64,000 nucleotides of DNA from Patescibacteria group bacterium (GTDB lineage Bacteria > Patescibacteriota > Minisyncoccia > Phycocordibacterales > Zambryskibacteraceae): contig SCSN01000008.1 in the NCBI GenBank assembly GCA_004322205.1, forward strand, positions 18,370 through 82,369. The letters run 5' to 3'. Both the position numbers and the translations under genes were made by a program. Within the stretch, counting starts at the first letter, position 1; the number at the start of each line of letters is the position of its first letter. This document shows positions 10,493 through 20,118 of the stretch, one piece after another. A model generated the notes under the pieces. The model made no database searches, was not told the origin of the DNA, and was given only the letters and a program-made list of their open reading frames with translations.

Positions 10493-10506
10493 AGGATTTT
10501 AATCTG

Positions 10507-10820
10507 ATGCAATCTAAAGGAGACAACCTTTTGCACGAGGTAGCTATTAATGCAATTATTGCAAAGGATAACTCTTATCTCGTCACTATGTAACGAGTTT
10601 GGCGACTATTCATGCAGATGGATCACCTTCACTGGTTATTTCATGCCTAGCTCACTATGCCGGTGGGGAAGTTATCCTCAAAGAAGATGAAACCGACAAG
10701 TTTGCGTGGGTAACAATAGAGGAAGCGAAAACCTATGATCTTATTGATGGTATTTATGACAAAATTATGATGGCGGACAAGCTTAGCAAGGGCGAAAGGT
10801 CGGAGTGGAAACATAGCTAG
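10507..10820 (+). pseudogene. degraded NUDIX hydrolase remnant (frameshifted, Nudix box missing)
   Basis: A 29-aa N-terminal fragment (10507-10593, MQSKGDNLLHEVAINAIIAKDNSYLVTM) ends in TAA. A C-terminal-like fragment in another frame (10599-10820, ...KFAWVTIEEAKTYDL...) follows. The GX5EX7REUXEEXGU box is absent. Confidence 0.4.
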
Positions 10821-10840
10821 CACTTGCGGCGGTCGAAATT

Positions 10841-11734
10841 ATGGCAAGTCTTTACAGGCACCAGTCGGCAAACGTTCGCAAGACATGGCTCTTTGTATCC
10901 ATGTTCTTTGTATTTCTCATCCTCCTCGGCTGGGTCTTTAGCCGAGTTTACGGTAATCCGACCATTCTATATTTCTTCGTCTTTTTTTCAGTCATTCTAA
11001 ATATATTTAGCTATTGGTTCTCCGACAGAATTGTTCTTAAACTCCACCGCGCCAAACCGGTCACCCGCCAAGAATATTTTGACCTCTGGAACGCCACCGA
11101 GAATCTCTCTATCACCGCCGGCCTTCCACAGCCCAAGCTCTATGTTATTGACGATCCGGCGCCGAACGCTTTTGCAACCGGCAGAAACAAGGAACACGCC
11201 GTGGTAGCAGTGACAACAGGACTCCTTCGTATTCTTGATAAAACAGAGCTTGAAGGTGTGATTTCCCATGAGCTTTCCCACATCGGAAACCGCGACATGC
11301 TTCTTTCAACGATTGTGGTGGTGCTTGTTGGTTTTGTAACTCTGCTTTCTGATTTTTTCCTGCGCACTGCCCGCTGGGGCGGTGGAAGGAGCAGCCGCGG
11401 CAATCAAATTCAAGTAATTTTTTTGCTGGTCGGAATAATTCTCGCTATCCTCTCGCCTTTGATTGCTACTCTCATCCAGCTTGCCATTTCTCGCAAGCGG
11501 GAATTTCTGGCAGATGCCTCTGGTGCGCTTCTGACCCGCTATCCGGAAGGTCTGGCCAATGCCCTGCGGAAAATTTCTGCCGCCGGCATTTCTATGCGTA
11601 CAGCCAATCACGCCACCGCTCATTTGTTTATTGCCAATCCCTTTGGCCAAACGGCGCGCCTTGTTGGAAAATTCTTTATGACCCACCCTCCAGTAGAGGA
11701 GCGGATAGCGGCTCTGCTCGAATCACAGACGTGA
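10841..11734 (+). CDS. htpX: zinc metalloprotease HtpX (peptidase M48)
   Basis: HELSHIGNRD HExxH motif with flanking TM segments, about 297 aa as expected. Confidence 0.9.
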   Translation: MASLYRHQSANVRKTWLFVSMFFVFLILLGWVFSRVYGNPTILYFFVFFSVILNIFSYWFSDRIVLKLHRAKPVTRQEYFDLWNATENLSITAGLPQPKLYVIDDPAPNAFATGRNKEHAVVAVTTGLLRILDKTELEGVISHELSHIGNRDMLLSTIVVVLVGFVTLLSDFFLRTARWGGGRSSRGNQIQVIFLLVGIILAILSPLIATLIQLAISRKREFLADASGALLTRYPEGLANALRKISAAGISMRTANHATAHLFIANPFGQTARLVGKFFMTHPPVEERIAALLESQT

Positions 11735-12345
11735 GCGATGAACTTAAAAAAGAAAAAGAGACACTCAAAGCGCGAATCACGGAGCTTGAGAGAGAAAATG
11801 AGAGGCTTGAAGCCGATCTTATTCACGACCATCTGACTGGGCTTAAGACACGGAAGTTTTTTGAAGAGGAGCTTGGAATATATCTTGAGACGATTAAGAA
11901 AAGCAGATTGAGCCGCCGGCGCGAATGGTTTGGATTCAGAGTTCTCTCAGTCATCCTTTTTGACGCTGATTATTTCAAGCGTCTCAATGATACCCACGGG
12001 CATCTGGTTGGCGACGAAGCCTTGCAAAAAATTGCCTCTGTCGTTGGAGGAAGTTTGCGGGAAGGTGACACGGCGGCGCGCTGGGGAGGGGAAGAGATTA
12101 TTGCACTTCTGCCGGGAGCAAGTGAGAGAGATGCAGTAAAGAAGGCAGAGGAAATAAGAAGGGAAGTGGAGTTCATTCGTTTGGAAGATGTTTCTGACCT
12201 TAAGCTTTCGGTGAGCGCCGGGGTAGCACAGTCGGAGAGCGGAATTTCAATGGATGAACTTGTCAAACGTACCGATAGAGCTCTATATCATGCCAAGAAA
12301 AGGGGCAGAAACAGAGTCTCCGCGTATTCCGAACTTGGACGTTAA
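11731..12345 (+). CDS. GGDEF-domain diguanylate cyclase with N-terminal coiled coil
   Basis: RWGGEEIIALLPG contains the GG(D/E)EF active site, and the surrounding DGC fold blocks DHLTGL and ISVSAGVA are present. Overlaps the htpX stop by 4 nt. Confidence 0.8.
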   Translation: MSDELKKEKETLKARITELERENERLEADLIHDHLTGLKTRKFFEEELGIYLETIKKSRLSRRREWFGFRVLSVILFDADYFKRLNDTHGHLVGDEALQKIASVVGGSLREGDTAARWGGEEIIALLPGASERDAVKKAEEIRREVEFIRLEDVSDLKLSVSAGVAQSESGISMDELVKRTDRALYHAKKRGRNRVSAYSELGR

Positions 12346-12399
12346 GCTGGGAGTTTTTTTGCTGCTGTTTGATGTAAGTTGTTGGTTGTAGCTGTTACT

Positions 12400-12489
12400 G
12401 GAGGCGTCGCATAGCGGTCTAGTGCGGTTGCTTGGAGAGCAACTATGTCCGAAAGGGCATCGTGAGTTCGAATCTCACCGCCTCCGCCA
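12400..12489 (+). tRNA. tRNA-Ser (anticodon GGA), type II with long variable arm, CCA encoded
   Basis: Hand-folded cloverleaf. Acceptor stem GGAGGCG/CGCCTCC, anticodon stem GTTGC/GCAAC with loop TTGGAGA, a long variable arm, T-loop GTTCGAATC and a 3' CCA. Confidence 0.85.
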
Positions 12490-12501
12490 GTTAAGAAATC
12501 T

Positions 12502-13230
12502 ATGAGAAAATTTATCAATGCGATTATGAAATGGCTGGGGAGCGCCAAAATACTGTCAGTCCCAAGAGGATATGTAGGAAAAGTTCTGGTTTATTATTAC
12601 TTGGCTAAAAACGGAGTGCTATTTTTTTACGATGATCCGGCAAGCACCCAAGTATTTAATTTAATTAAGCAGATCAAAAAAGAAACGGAAATGATTCTCA
12701 AGGATCATGAGGCTTACCAAATATATAGGACGGTGAGAGAAACTGAAAAAATTAAGGGGGATATTGCTGAAGTCGGTGTGTATAAAGGAGGTTCAGCGAA
12801 ACTTATATGTGAGGCCACGAAGAAACCGGTGCATTTATTTGATACTTTTGAGGGACTGCCGGATTTATGTGAAATTGACAACCCGGAGCAGTTTCGCAAA
12901 GGAGATTATTCCGCCCAGTTTGAAAATGTTAAGAGCTACCTTAAAAAGTATCCGGACGTTTATTTTTACAAAGGACTTTTCCCTTCGACTTCTGAACTCG
13001 TAAAAAATAAAAAATTTTCATTTGTTCATCTTGATGTAGATCTTTATGAATCCACGCTGAATTGCCTAAAATTCTTTTATCCCAAAATAAACAGAGGGGG
13101 TGTTATCATTTCTCACGATTATCTAAAATCGGAGGGGGTTAAGAGAGCGTTTGACAAGTTTTTTAAAGATAAACCGGAGATAATTATTGAACTGCCCGCA
13201 TGTGATCAGTGTCTAGTTGTTAAATTATAA
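12502..13230 (+). CDS. class I SAM-dependent O-methyltransferase (TylF/MycF macrocin-O-MT-like)
   Basis: DIAEVGVYKGGSAKLI...LFDTFEGLPD and VHLDVDLYEST blocks are typical of TylF-family methyltransferases. Confidence 0.7.
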   Translation: MRKFINAIMKWLGSAKILSVPRGYVGKVLVYYYLAKNGVLFFYDDPASTQVFNLIKQIKKETEMILKDHEAYQIYRTVRETEKIKGDIAEVGVYKGGSAKLICEATKKPVHLFDTFEGLPDLCEIDNPEQFRKGDYSAQFENVKSYLKKYPDVYFYKGLFPSTSELVKNKKFSFVHLDVDLYESTLNCLKFFYPKINRGGVIISHDYLKSEGVKRAFDKFFKDKPEIIIELPACDQCLVVKL

Positions 13231-13375
13231 CCAAAGGGCGCGAATTGAGGGAATTTGCCGTCTCATATCGCCAAGACTTCGCAGGGCAATGCAAAGAAAA
13301 ACTCAAGGTCTTCAGACACTGCCTTGGCTTTTGACCTTTTTCTAATGAGGCTGATTCGTTTGGTATAATGAAAAG

Positions 13376-13750
13376 GTGAACGAGGAAGAGCTGAAAAAGA
13401 AACTCTCGCCGGAGGCATACCATGTCTTGCGCCAGGCCGGGACAGAAGTACAGTTTTCGGGAGAGTATGTTCGTACAAAAGAGAGAGGCATGTACCGCTG
13501 TGCCGCATGTGGGGCCCAACTTTTCTCATCCGATGCCAAGTTCAATTCCGGAACGGGTTGGCCGTCGTTTGACGAGGCGCTGCCCGGGGCAGTTGAACTC
13601 CGCGATGACAGCAGCCTCGGTATACGTCGAACTGAAGTTAAATGCAAAAACTGCGGCTCCCACTTGGGACATGTTTTTGACGACGGTCCCAAAGAAACAA
13701 CCGGCAAACGCTACTGCATAAACTCTGTCTGCCTTGATTTGCAAAAATAA
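13376..13750 (+). CDS. msrB: peptide-methionine (R)-S-oxide reductase MsrB
   Basis: CxxC ... CxxC zinc site plus the GTGWPSF and RYCINS catalytic blocks. GTG start after an extended -10 (TGGTATAAT). Confidence 0.9.
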   Translation: MNEEELKKKLSPEAYHVLRQAGTEVQFSGEYVRTKERGMYRCAACGAQLFSSDAKFNSGTGWPSFDEALPGAVELRDDSSLGIRRTEVKCKNCGSHLGHVFDDGPKETTGKRYCINSVCLDLQK

Positions 13751-13754
13751 TCTA

Positions 13755-14363
13755 ATGGCAAAGTATAAAAAATCTATTTTCTTTTTTGTTCTTATTTTAT
13801 TGATTGCCGGCGCGGGATATTTGTTTCGCGGCAGACTTTTCCCGCCGAGCGCAAAATCCGAGCGGCAGCCGCCGCTATCCGAGGCGGCGGCTGGGGAATA
13901 TGAAAGCGAAGCTTTCAGTTTTTCTTTCTCTTATTCTTCGGTACACACTGTTCGGGAGGAGTCTCAATCGAGTGTCGCTCTCGTCAATAAAGAAACCGGC
14001 AGAGAGGAAGCGCGACTCGATGTTATCCTTGAAAGCGGAGATGTCGAGGTGCCCTATGAGCAATTTGTCCTTGACGAATCACGCGCTCTTTGCGAAGCCG
14101 CCGGAGCAAATCTTTCGTGCCGAGAAGTGAAAGATCTCTCATCTATCGTGAATAAAAACGGTTTATCGGCGCAGAAATTTTATCTTGTTCTGGAAGAAAA
14201 ATTAGAAGATTCTGTCACCAGCCGCGAAAAAGGGCCGTTTTACGCTTTTAATTTTTCGGAAAACACTCCCGGGAAAATGAGTTTTATTCTCATTCATCCA
14301 CCTATCGCCAGCCGCGGCTCCGTTGATTTGCTCTCTAAGATCGCGGATTCATTCGCGTTTTAA
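13755..14363 (+). CDS. hypothetical membrane-anchored protein
   Basis: Start moved to the ATG after the msrB stop. N-terminal TM, no recognisable domain. Confidence 0.45.
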   Translation: MAKYKKSIFFFVLILLIAGAGYLFRGRLFPPSAKSERQPPLSEAAAGEYESEAFSFSFSYSSVHTVREESQSSVALVNKETGREEARLDVILESGDVEVPYEQFVLDESRALCEAAGANLSCREVKDLSSIVNKNGLSAQKFYLVLEEKLEDSVTSREKGPFYAFNFSENTPGKMSFILIHPPIASRGSVDLLSKIADSFAF

Positions 14364-14450
14364 TCAGTCAGTTTACTTTGGGTTGACCCTGTAGTGAATT
14401 TGGCAATAATTGTTTGCGCCTACGGCGCATTGCCGAAATCTACTACGGGG

Positions 14451-14478
14451 TTGACTTTCTTGTGCCGCTGTGTATAAT
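14451..14478 (+). promoter_or_regulatory. sigma70-type promoter (TTGACT-16-TATAAT)
   Basis: TTGACT at 14451-14456, 16-nt spacer, TATAAT at 14473-14478, followed by a roughly 100-nt leader before the RRM gene. Confidence 0.5.
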
Positions 14479-14585
14479 GGGTTTATGTAAGTTCTCCTCG
14501 GGTTTTGGGCGGGGTTGTCTCCGACAGAAAACGTGAGAGAGTGCTCGTCGCTTACATCGAAGCAGCCAAGAGACGAGCCAAGGAT

Positions 14586-14879
14586 ATGGCAGTAAAATTG
14601 TATGTCGGCGGCATCCCGTACTCGAGTACCGATACGGATGTGCGCGACGTGTTTGCCCAAGTCGGCGAAGTTGAGTCAGTGCAAATTGTCACTGACCGCG
14701 CCACTGGCAGATCACGAGGATTCGGGTTTGTGACCATGAAAGAAGATGCTGATGCAGATCGAGCAATCGAGATGTGGAACGGCAAGGACTTCCAGGGACG
14801 CAAACTGACCGTCAACGTCGCTCGCCCCATGGCTCCCCGCGAGGGGTTCCGTGGCGGCTTCCGCGGCCAAGCGGAGTAA
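14586..14879 (+). CDS. RNA-binding protein with RRM domain
   Basis: KLYVGGIPY (RNP2) and RGFGFVTM (RNP1) motifs, with a Gly/Arg-rich C-terminus. Start taken at the ATG at 14586, with AAGGA upstream. Confidence 0.8.
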   Translation: MAVKLYVGGIPYSSTDTDVRDVFAQVGEVESVQIVTDRATGRSRGFGFVTMKEDADADRAIEMWNGKDFQGRKLTVNVARPMAPREGFRGGFRGQAE

Positions 14880-14890
14880 TCCGAAGAAGA

Positions 14891-14930
14891 GCCCCCCACA
14901 TGCGTGCATGTGGGGGGCTCTCTTGTTTCT
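14891..14930 (+). terminator. rho-independent terminator
   Basis: Perfect inverted repeat GCCCCCCACA...TGTGGGGGGC followed by TCTTGTTTCT. Confidence 0.7.
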
Positions 14931-14940
14931 CGAGAAAGAA

Positions 14941-15435
14941 ATGCAACAATCAATTTGGAAAACCATTGAAGTGCTTGTTCTCACCTTTGTTTTGCTCTCT
15001 ATTGCCTTTTCCTTGATTTTTTTCTTGACTCAAATCAAGCCGCCAAAACAAAACCGCGCCGCATTGCTAAATACAGACTTTTCTCGGCCGCTTCGTGTCG
15101 GCTCTGCAGTGGTCTGGGCGGATATTGCCGAAACCGAAAAGGAGAGAGTGCTCGGATTCTCCGGCGTCAGCGACATTTTAGACAATCAGGGGCTTCTCTT
15201 TGTTTTTCCCGAGCCGCGCCCTGTCGGGATTTGGATGAAGAATATGCTTTTCTCCATTGATGTTCTCTGGCTGGACGAAGAGTGGCGGGTGATTCAGATC
15301 GAAACCCGCCTCGTCCCGGAGGGTTTTCCAAAAATCTTTACGGGGGCGACTCCTGCCCGCTATGTTCTTGAGCTAAAGAGCGGTTTTGTCGAGCGTGAGG
15401 GGACATCAGTCGGCGACAGGATCTCGCCATTGTGA
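14941..15435 (+). CDS. DUF192 (COG1430) family protein
   Basis: Start at the ATG after the terminator. N-terminal TM and a GIWMKNMLFSIDVLWLDEEWRVI core typical of DUF192. Confidence 0.65.
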   Translation: MQQSIWKTIEVLVLTFVLLSIAFSLIFFLTQIKPPKQNRAALLNTDFSRPLRVGSAVVWADIAETEKERVLGFSGVSDILDNQGLLFVFPEPRPVGIWMKNMLFSIDVLWLDEEWRVIQIETRLVPEGFPKIFTGATPARYVLELKSGFVEREGTSVGDRISPL

Positions 15436-15535
15436 TTTCTTCCTCAGGGTTCTCCTTCTACTCCGGTATCGCCGGGATTTTGTCTTGTATCGTTTGCGCG
15501 CTATACTATATTCATTACAATTCTTTATCTCTTTG

Positions 15536-16570
15536 ATGAAAACAATTCGAGTTGCGGTGAACGGCGCTGGCAGAATCGGACGAGCATTCATAAAATTGGC
15601 GCAGACGCGCCCCGAGATTGAACTGGTGGCGATCAATGATCTCGGGGATGCTCAAAACATCGCCTATCTAATAAAATACGACTCTGTCTACGGAAAGGCC
15701 CCCTTCGCGGTTTCAGTGCGCCCTGACGGCAAGGCAATTGTGCTCGACGGGCGGGAGATTTTATTTATTGGAGAGAAGGAACTGGCCAAACTTCCTTGGC
15801 GCGATTTGAACGTCGACGTTGTGGTTGAATCCACTGGTCTCTTCGCGAGCTATGAAAAAGCGAAGGTTCATTTGGAGGCGGGAGCAAAAAGAGTGGTTGT
15901 AACCGCCCCCATGAAAGACGATCCCACGCCGGGGATCGAAGGAGCGACAGTTCTTATGGGGGTGAATGATGAAAAGCTCGCCACATGCGCTATCAGCTCG
16001 AACGCTTCGTGTACTACTAATGCAGGGAGTCCCTTGATTGCAATTCTTGATGAAGCGATTGGTATTGAGAAGGCGGTTTTGAATACTGTCCACGGATACA
16101 CAGCCACTCAATCCCTTGTTGATGGTCCTTCTAAGAGGGGATTTCGAGAAGGGAGGGCGGCAGCGCACAACATTGTGCCATCATCCACGGGCGCGGCGAT
16201 TGCAGTAACCAAAGCCTTCACCAAACTTGAAGGGCTTTTTGACGGTGTATCTATGCGTGTGCCGATCATTGCCGGCTCAATTGTTGACGTCACATTCATT
16301 GCAAAAAGAAATACTTCGAAAGAGGAAGTGAACGATATTCTACGCCGTGCCGCAGAGAATCCCCGCTGGAAGGGAATTTTTTCCGTAACAGAAGAGCCGC
16401 TGGTCTCCAGTGATATTTTAGGCAGCTCCTACGGCTCTATTGCCGATCTTGAGTTCACCCGCGTTATCGGTGGCAACTTGGTGAAGGTCTGTGCCTGGTA
16501 CGACAATGAAATGGGATACACTTACACTCTAGTTGAGCATGTGATAAAAACCGGCAGTCATATCATATAG
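15536..16570 (+). CDS. gap: glyceraldehyde-3-phosphate dehydrogenase
   Basis: Start at MKTIRVAVNGAGRIGR (NAD-binding GxGxxG). The active-site SNASCTTN block is present. About 344 aa. Confidence 0.95.
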   Translation: MKTIRVAVNGAGRIGRAFIKLAQTRPEIELVAINDLGDAQNIAYLIKYDSVYGKAPFAVSVRPDGKAIVLDGREILFIGEKELAKLPWRDLNVDVVVESTGLFASYEKAKVHLEAGAKRVVVTAPMKDDPTPGIEGATVLMGVNDEKLATCAISSNASCTTNAGSPLIAILDEAIGIEKAVLNTVHGYTATQSLVDGPSKRGFREGRAAAHNIVPSSTGAAIAVTKAFTKLEGLFDGVSMRVPIIAGSIVDVTFIAKRNTSKEEVNDILRRAAENPRWKGIFSVTEEPLVSSDILGSSYGSIADLEFTRVIGGNLVKVCAWYDNEMGYTYTLVEHVIKTGSHII

Positions 16571-16574
16571 TTGA

Positions 16575-16877
16575 ATGGAAAGTTACGATAAATTGGTAAG
16601 AGATAAAATACCGGAAATTCTTGATGAAAAAGGAATTTCCTACGAAAGAAGAGTTGCCTCTCCAGAAGAATATAAGACTGAATTGATAAAAAAGCTCGGG
16701 GAAGAAGTTGCAGAATTTCTACAAGCTGGTAACTCGGAAGAGTTGGCTGACGTGATGGAGGTAGTAGAAGCGTTAAGAAAATTACCTGATTATGCTAGTG
16801 TAGAGCAATTACGTAGAAAAAAACTTGCGGCGCGCGGCGGATTTGAAGGAAGAATTATCTTGAAGGGAAAAAAGTAG
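16575..16877 (+). CDS. MazG-like all-alpha nucleotide pyrophosphohydrolase (small house-cleaning NTP-PPase family)
   Basis: 100 aa with LVRDKIPEIL ... EE.aEfl ... EELADVMEVVEAL metal-binding Glu pattern. Confidence 0.55.
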   Translation: MESYDKLVRDKIPEILDEKGISYERRVASPEEYKTELIKKLGEEVAEFLQAGNSEELADVMEVVEALRKLPDYASVEQLRRKKLAARGGFEGRIILKGKK

Positions 16878-16937
16878 GGAGCGACAGTGCATAAGTGAAG
16901 TTGTGGGTCGTCGGCTGTTGGTTGTATATTTAATTTC

Positions 16938-17408
16938 ATGAAAATCTTCATTGGCACCGACCATGCCGGCCTTGCTCAGAAGGAAAAGATAATTGAATAT
17001 CTGCGTGAAAACGGCTACGAAGTTATTGATCAAGGTGCACAAGAGTACGACGAAAATGACGACTATCCAGATTATGTTATTCCTGTGGCTCGCGAAGTCT
17101 CCCGCAATCCTCAAGGGGTGAGAGGGATTATTTTGGGTGGCTCGGGACAGGGTGAGGCAATGTGCGCTAATCGTTTTCCGCATGTTCGCGCAGCTCTTTT
17201 CTACGGCTCCCGCATTTCTCTAACTAGCAGTATTACAAACCTGGAAGTCTCACGCCAGCACAATGACGCAAATATTCTCGCTATTGGCTCACGATTTGTG
17301 ACTGACGATGAGGCGGTGCAGGCGGTGAGGGTTTGGCTCGATACGCCGTTCTCGAACGGCGAGCGCCACAAGCGCCGTCTCGGCAAGATAGAGCGCGCGC
17401 ATGAATAG
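16938..17408 (+). CDS. rpiB: ribose-5-phosphate isomerase B
   Basis: MKIFIGTDHAGLAQKEKI... RpiB/LacAB fold pattern, 156 aa. Confidence 0.9.
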   Translation: MKIFIGTDHAGLAQKEKIIEYLRENGYEVIDQGAQEYDENDDYPDYVIPVAREVSRNPQGVRGIILGGSGQGEAMCANRFPHVRAALFYGSRISLTSSITNLEVSRQHNDANILAIGSRFVTDDEAVQAVRVWLDTPFSNGERHKRRLGKIERAHE

Positions 17409-17428
17409 ACGTGGAAGTTCTTTAGTTC

Positions 17429-18136
17429 ATGACCGAAGTCATCCCAGCCATAATTCCACGAAGCCTCTCTGATCTCGAGGACAAGCTTTCTCATATCGTC
17501 GGATTGGTGAAATTTGTTCAAGTCGATGTTCTGGATGGCACGCTTGTGCCGGAGCGCTCGTGGCCGTACCTCTCAACGGGAGTTGACCCTGATTTTGTCC
17601 GCATCATTCGCGAAGAAGATGGATTGCCTTTCTGGGAGGAATTTGATTTTGAAGTTGATCTCATGGTGGGGCGGCCGCGAAATGTTCTTGACCAGTGGGT
17701 CACCGCAGGCGCGGTGAGAGTTATTGCCCACTACGAATCATTTTCCTCACCCAAGGAGGCACTTTCGTTTGTGGAGAGTTTTGAAAGTGATTTTGGCAAT
17801 AGAAGCTCGCTTGTCAACACCGAACTTGGCCTAGCGCTCAACATTGAAACCTCAAATGAGGTGCTCGAGCCGCTTATCTCTCACCTCGATGTGGTGGAGT
17901 TTATGGGAATTGGCACAATCGGGCGGCAGGGGGAGCCGTTTGATAGTCGAGTTCTTCGGAAGATTGCCGATTTACGAGCAAAGTTTCCCGATGTTATCAT
18001 AAGTGTTGACGGAGGAGTGAATTTAGAGTCGGCGCCGCGTCTTGTTGAGGCTGGAGCCAGCCGGCTGGTTGCCGGTTCAGTAATTTGGAAGAGTGAAAAT
18101 CCGCAAGAGACGATTATTGAACTTCAAAATCTATGA
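17429..18136 (+). CDS. rpe: ribulose-phosphate 3-epimerase family protein
   Basis: IIPRSLS...VDVLDGTLVPE...DLMV blocks fit the RPE TIM barrel. An internal insertion relative to the canonical enzyme is present. Confidence 0.65.
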   Translation: MTEVIPAIIPRSLSDLEDKLSHIVGLVKFVQVDVLDGTLVPERSWPYLSTGVDPDFVRIIREEDGLPFWEEFDFEVDLMVGRPRNVLDQWVTAGAVRVIAHYESFSSPKEALSFVESFESDFGNRSSLVNTELGLALNIETSNEVLEPLISHLDVVEFMGIGTIGRQGEPFDSRVLRKIADLRAKFPDVIISVDGGVNLESAPRLVEAGASRLVAGSVIWKSENPQETIIELQNL

Positions 18137-19035
18137 ATGCTCTTACTGACAAACAGATCAAGGACCTGGAGGTCAAGGCTAATGCCATTCGCCTCTCCAT
18201 TATTGAAATGCTTCTTGAGGCACGCTCCGGTCATAGCGCCGGTCCTCTTGGCATGGCGGATATTTTCACCTATCTCTATTTTGTCGCACTCAAGCACGAT
18301 CCAAAAAATCCTGATTGGCCCGAGCGCGACCGGCTTGTGCTCTCTAACGGTCACATCTGCCCGGTGCTCTACGCCGCAATGGCGCATACCGGCTATTTTC
18401 CGCTGGAAGAATTAAAGACCTTGCGCAAGCTGGGGACTCGGCTACAAGGTCATCCGCACAGAGAGTATTTGCCCATGCTTGAGACAAGTTCTGGCCCTCT
18501 TGGAGCGGGTCTATCGCAGGCAGTGGGAATGGCAATAGCTGACATTATGGATAATGGCATTGATACTAAACGCACTATCTATGCACTTATGAGTGACGCC
18601 GAACAAGCCGCCGGCAACACTTACGAGGCGGCTTTGCTTGCCGGAAAACTCAAACTCCGCAACCTCATCGCTATTATTGACCGCAATAACATTCAGATTG
18701 ATGGCTTTACCGAGGACGTCATACCCTTAGAACCCCTTGCGGACAAATGGAGGGCGCGCAACTGGCATGTCATTGAAATTGACGGGCATAATTTCGCCGA
18801 TATCCACGAGGCAGTCAATCGGGCCAAGGCCGTGTTTGAAAAGCCGTCAGTAATTATTGCCCACACAATTCCGGGCAAGGGAGTGGGTTATATGGAGCGC
18901 GATTTCAAATGGCACGGCGTCCCGCCGGGAATCCAAGATATGCCCGGCGAGCCGCCCAAAGCGGAGCAAGGCAAAATTGCACTAGATGAGCTGCGTTCTC
19001 TCGGCGGTAGGATAAGCGGATACCATAATGATTAA
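18133..19035 (+). CDS. transketolase, N-terminal (TPP-binding) subunit
   Basis: HSAGPLGMADIF, SNGH and GDG-like TPP-binding blocks. Stop and restart with the C-terminal subunit indicate a split transketolase. Confidence 0.9.
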   Translation: MNALTDKQIKDLEVKANAIRLSIIEMLLEARSGHSAGPLGMADIFTYLYFVALKHDPKNPDWPERDRLVLSNGHICPVLYAAMAHTGYFPLEELKTLRKLGTRLQGHPHREYLPMLETSSGPLGAGLSQAVGMAIADIMDNGIDTKRTIYALMSDAEQAAGNTYEAALLAGKLKLRNLIAIIDRNNIQIDGFTEDVIPLEPLADKWRARNWHVIEIDGHNFADIHEAVNRAKAVFEKPSVIIAHTIPGKGVGYMERDFKWHGVPPGIQDMPGEPPKAEQGKIALDELRSLGGRISGYHND

Positions 19036-20068
19036 TGCAAGTGTAAAGCTGAATCCAAAACTGTTTTCTGCCCAAAGCGGACCAGCCTCGGGCTGGGATG
19101 ATGATGTCGAGCAAGTTCCTATTCGCAAGGGATTTGGCGAAGGTTTGGTTATTGCAGGAGAACAAAATGAAAATGTTGTTGGACTTTGCGCGGACCTTAC
19201 TGAGTCTACGCAAATGCATTTATTCAAAAATAAATTTCCAGAGCGGTTTGTTGAAATCGGAGTGGCGGAGCAGAATTTGGCGGGAGTGGCGAGCGGCATG
19301 GCGGCAATGGGTAAAATTCCCTTCATATCTTCCTATGCGATGTTTAGTCCCGGCCGCAACTGGGAGCAGATTAGAACCACTATTTGCTACAACGACCGGC
19401 CGGTAAAAATCGCCGGCTCCCATGCGGGAATTTCTGTCGGTCCGGACGGCGGCACTCATCAGGCAATTGAGGATATTGCTATTACCCGCGTTATGCCGCG
19501 CATGGTGGCGCTTTCTCCCTGCGATGCTATTGAAGCCAAGAAAGCGACAATTGCCGCCGCAAAAACAAATACACCTGTCTATATCCGCCTTGCCCGAGAA
19601 AAAACGCCAGTTATTACAACCGAAGAGACTCCGTTTGAAATAGGCAAAGCTCAAATTTTCTGGGACTCTTCACTTGGCGACCGAACCGCCAAGTGCGAGG
19701 CAGGGGTTATTGCAACCGGCGCACTTTTATACAAAGCGCTTCTGGCGGCGAAGCAACTTGAAAAAGAGGGTATTAGAGTAAAGGTCATGAATCTTTCCAC
19801 CGTTAAACCCCTTGATGAAAAAGCGATTTTGAATTTAGCTAGAGAAACCGGAGCAATTGTTACTGTTGAAGAGCATCAAATTTCCGGCGGGATGGGTTCG
19901 GCAGTGACAGAGTGCTTGGCAGTGAATTACCCCGTGCCGCAGGAATTTGTTGGAGTCAGAGATCAGTTCGGACAATCCGGAACTCAAGAAGAACTCGTTG
20001 AACATTACGGAATGGGAGAAAGTCATATCAAAGAAGCAGTCAAAAAAGTCATAAGTCGAAAGTCTTAA
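19028..20068 (+). CDS. transketolase, C-terminal (pyrimidine-binding plus C-terminal domain) subunit
   Basis: Pyr-binding domain blocks (GVAEQNLAGVASGMA, ICYNDRPVKIAGSHAGISVGPDGGTHQ), overlapping the upstream subunit by 8 nt. Confidence 0.9.
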   Translation: MINASVKLNPKLFSAQSGPASGWDDDVEQVPIRKGFGEGLVIAGEQNENVVGLCADLTESTQMHLFKNKFPERFVEIGVAEQNLAGVASGMAAMGKIPFISSYAMFSPGRNWEQIRTTICYNDRPVKIAGSHAGISVGPDGGTHQAIEDIAITRVMPRMVALSPCDAIEAKKATIAAAKTNTPVYIRLAREKTPVITTEETPFEIGKAQIFWDSSLGDRTAKCEAGVIATGALLYKALLAAKQLEKEGIRVKVMNLSTVKPLDEKAILNLARETGAIVTVEEHQISGGMGSAVTECLAVNYPVPQEFVGVRDQFGQSGTQEELVEHYGMGESHIKEAVKKVISRKS

Positions 20069-20118
20069 AAATCAAACCACAACATCTTAACATTCTGCAG
20101 AATATTAGAATGTTGTGA

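Noticed and set aside
12342-12548. 68-aa minus-strand ORF
   Set aside because: It lies antisense across the tRNA-Ser gene. Spurious.
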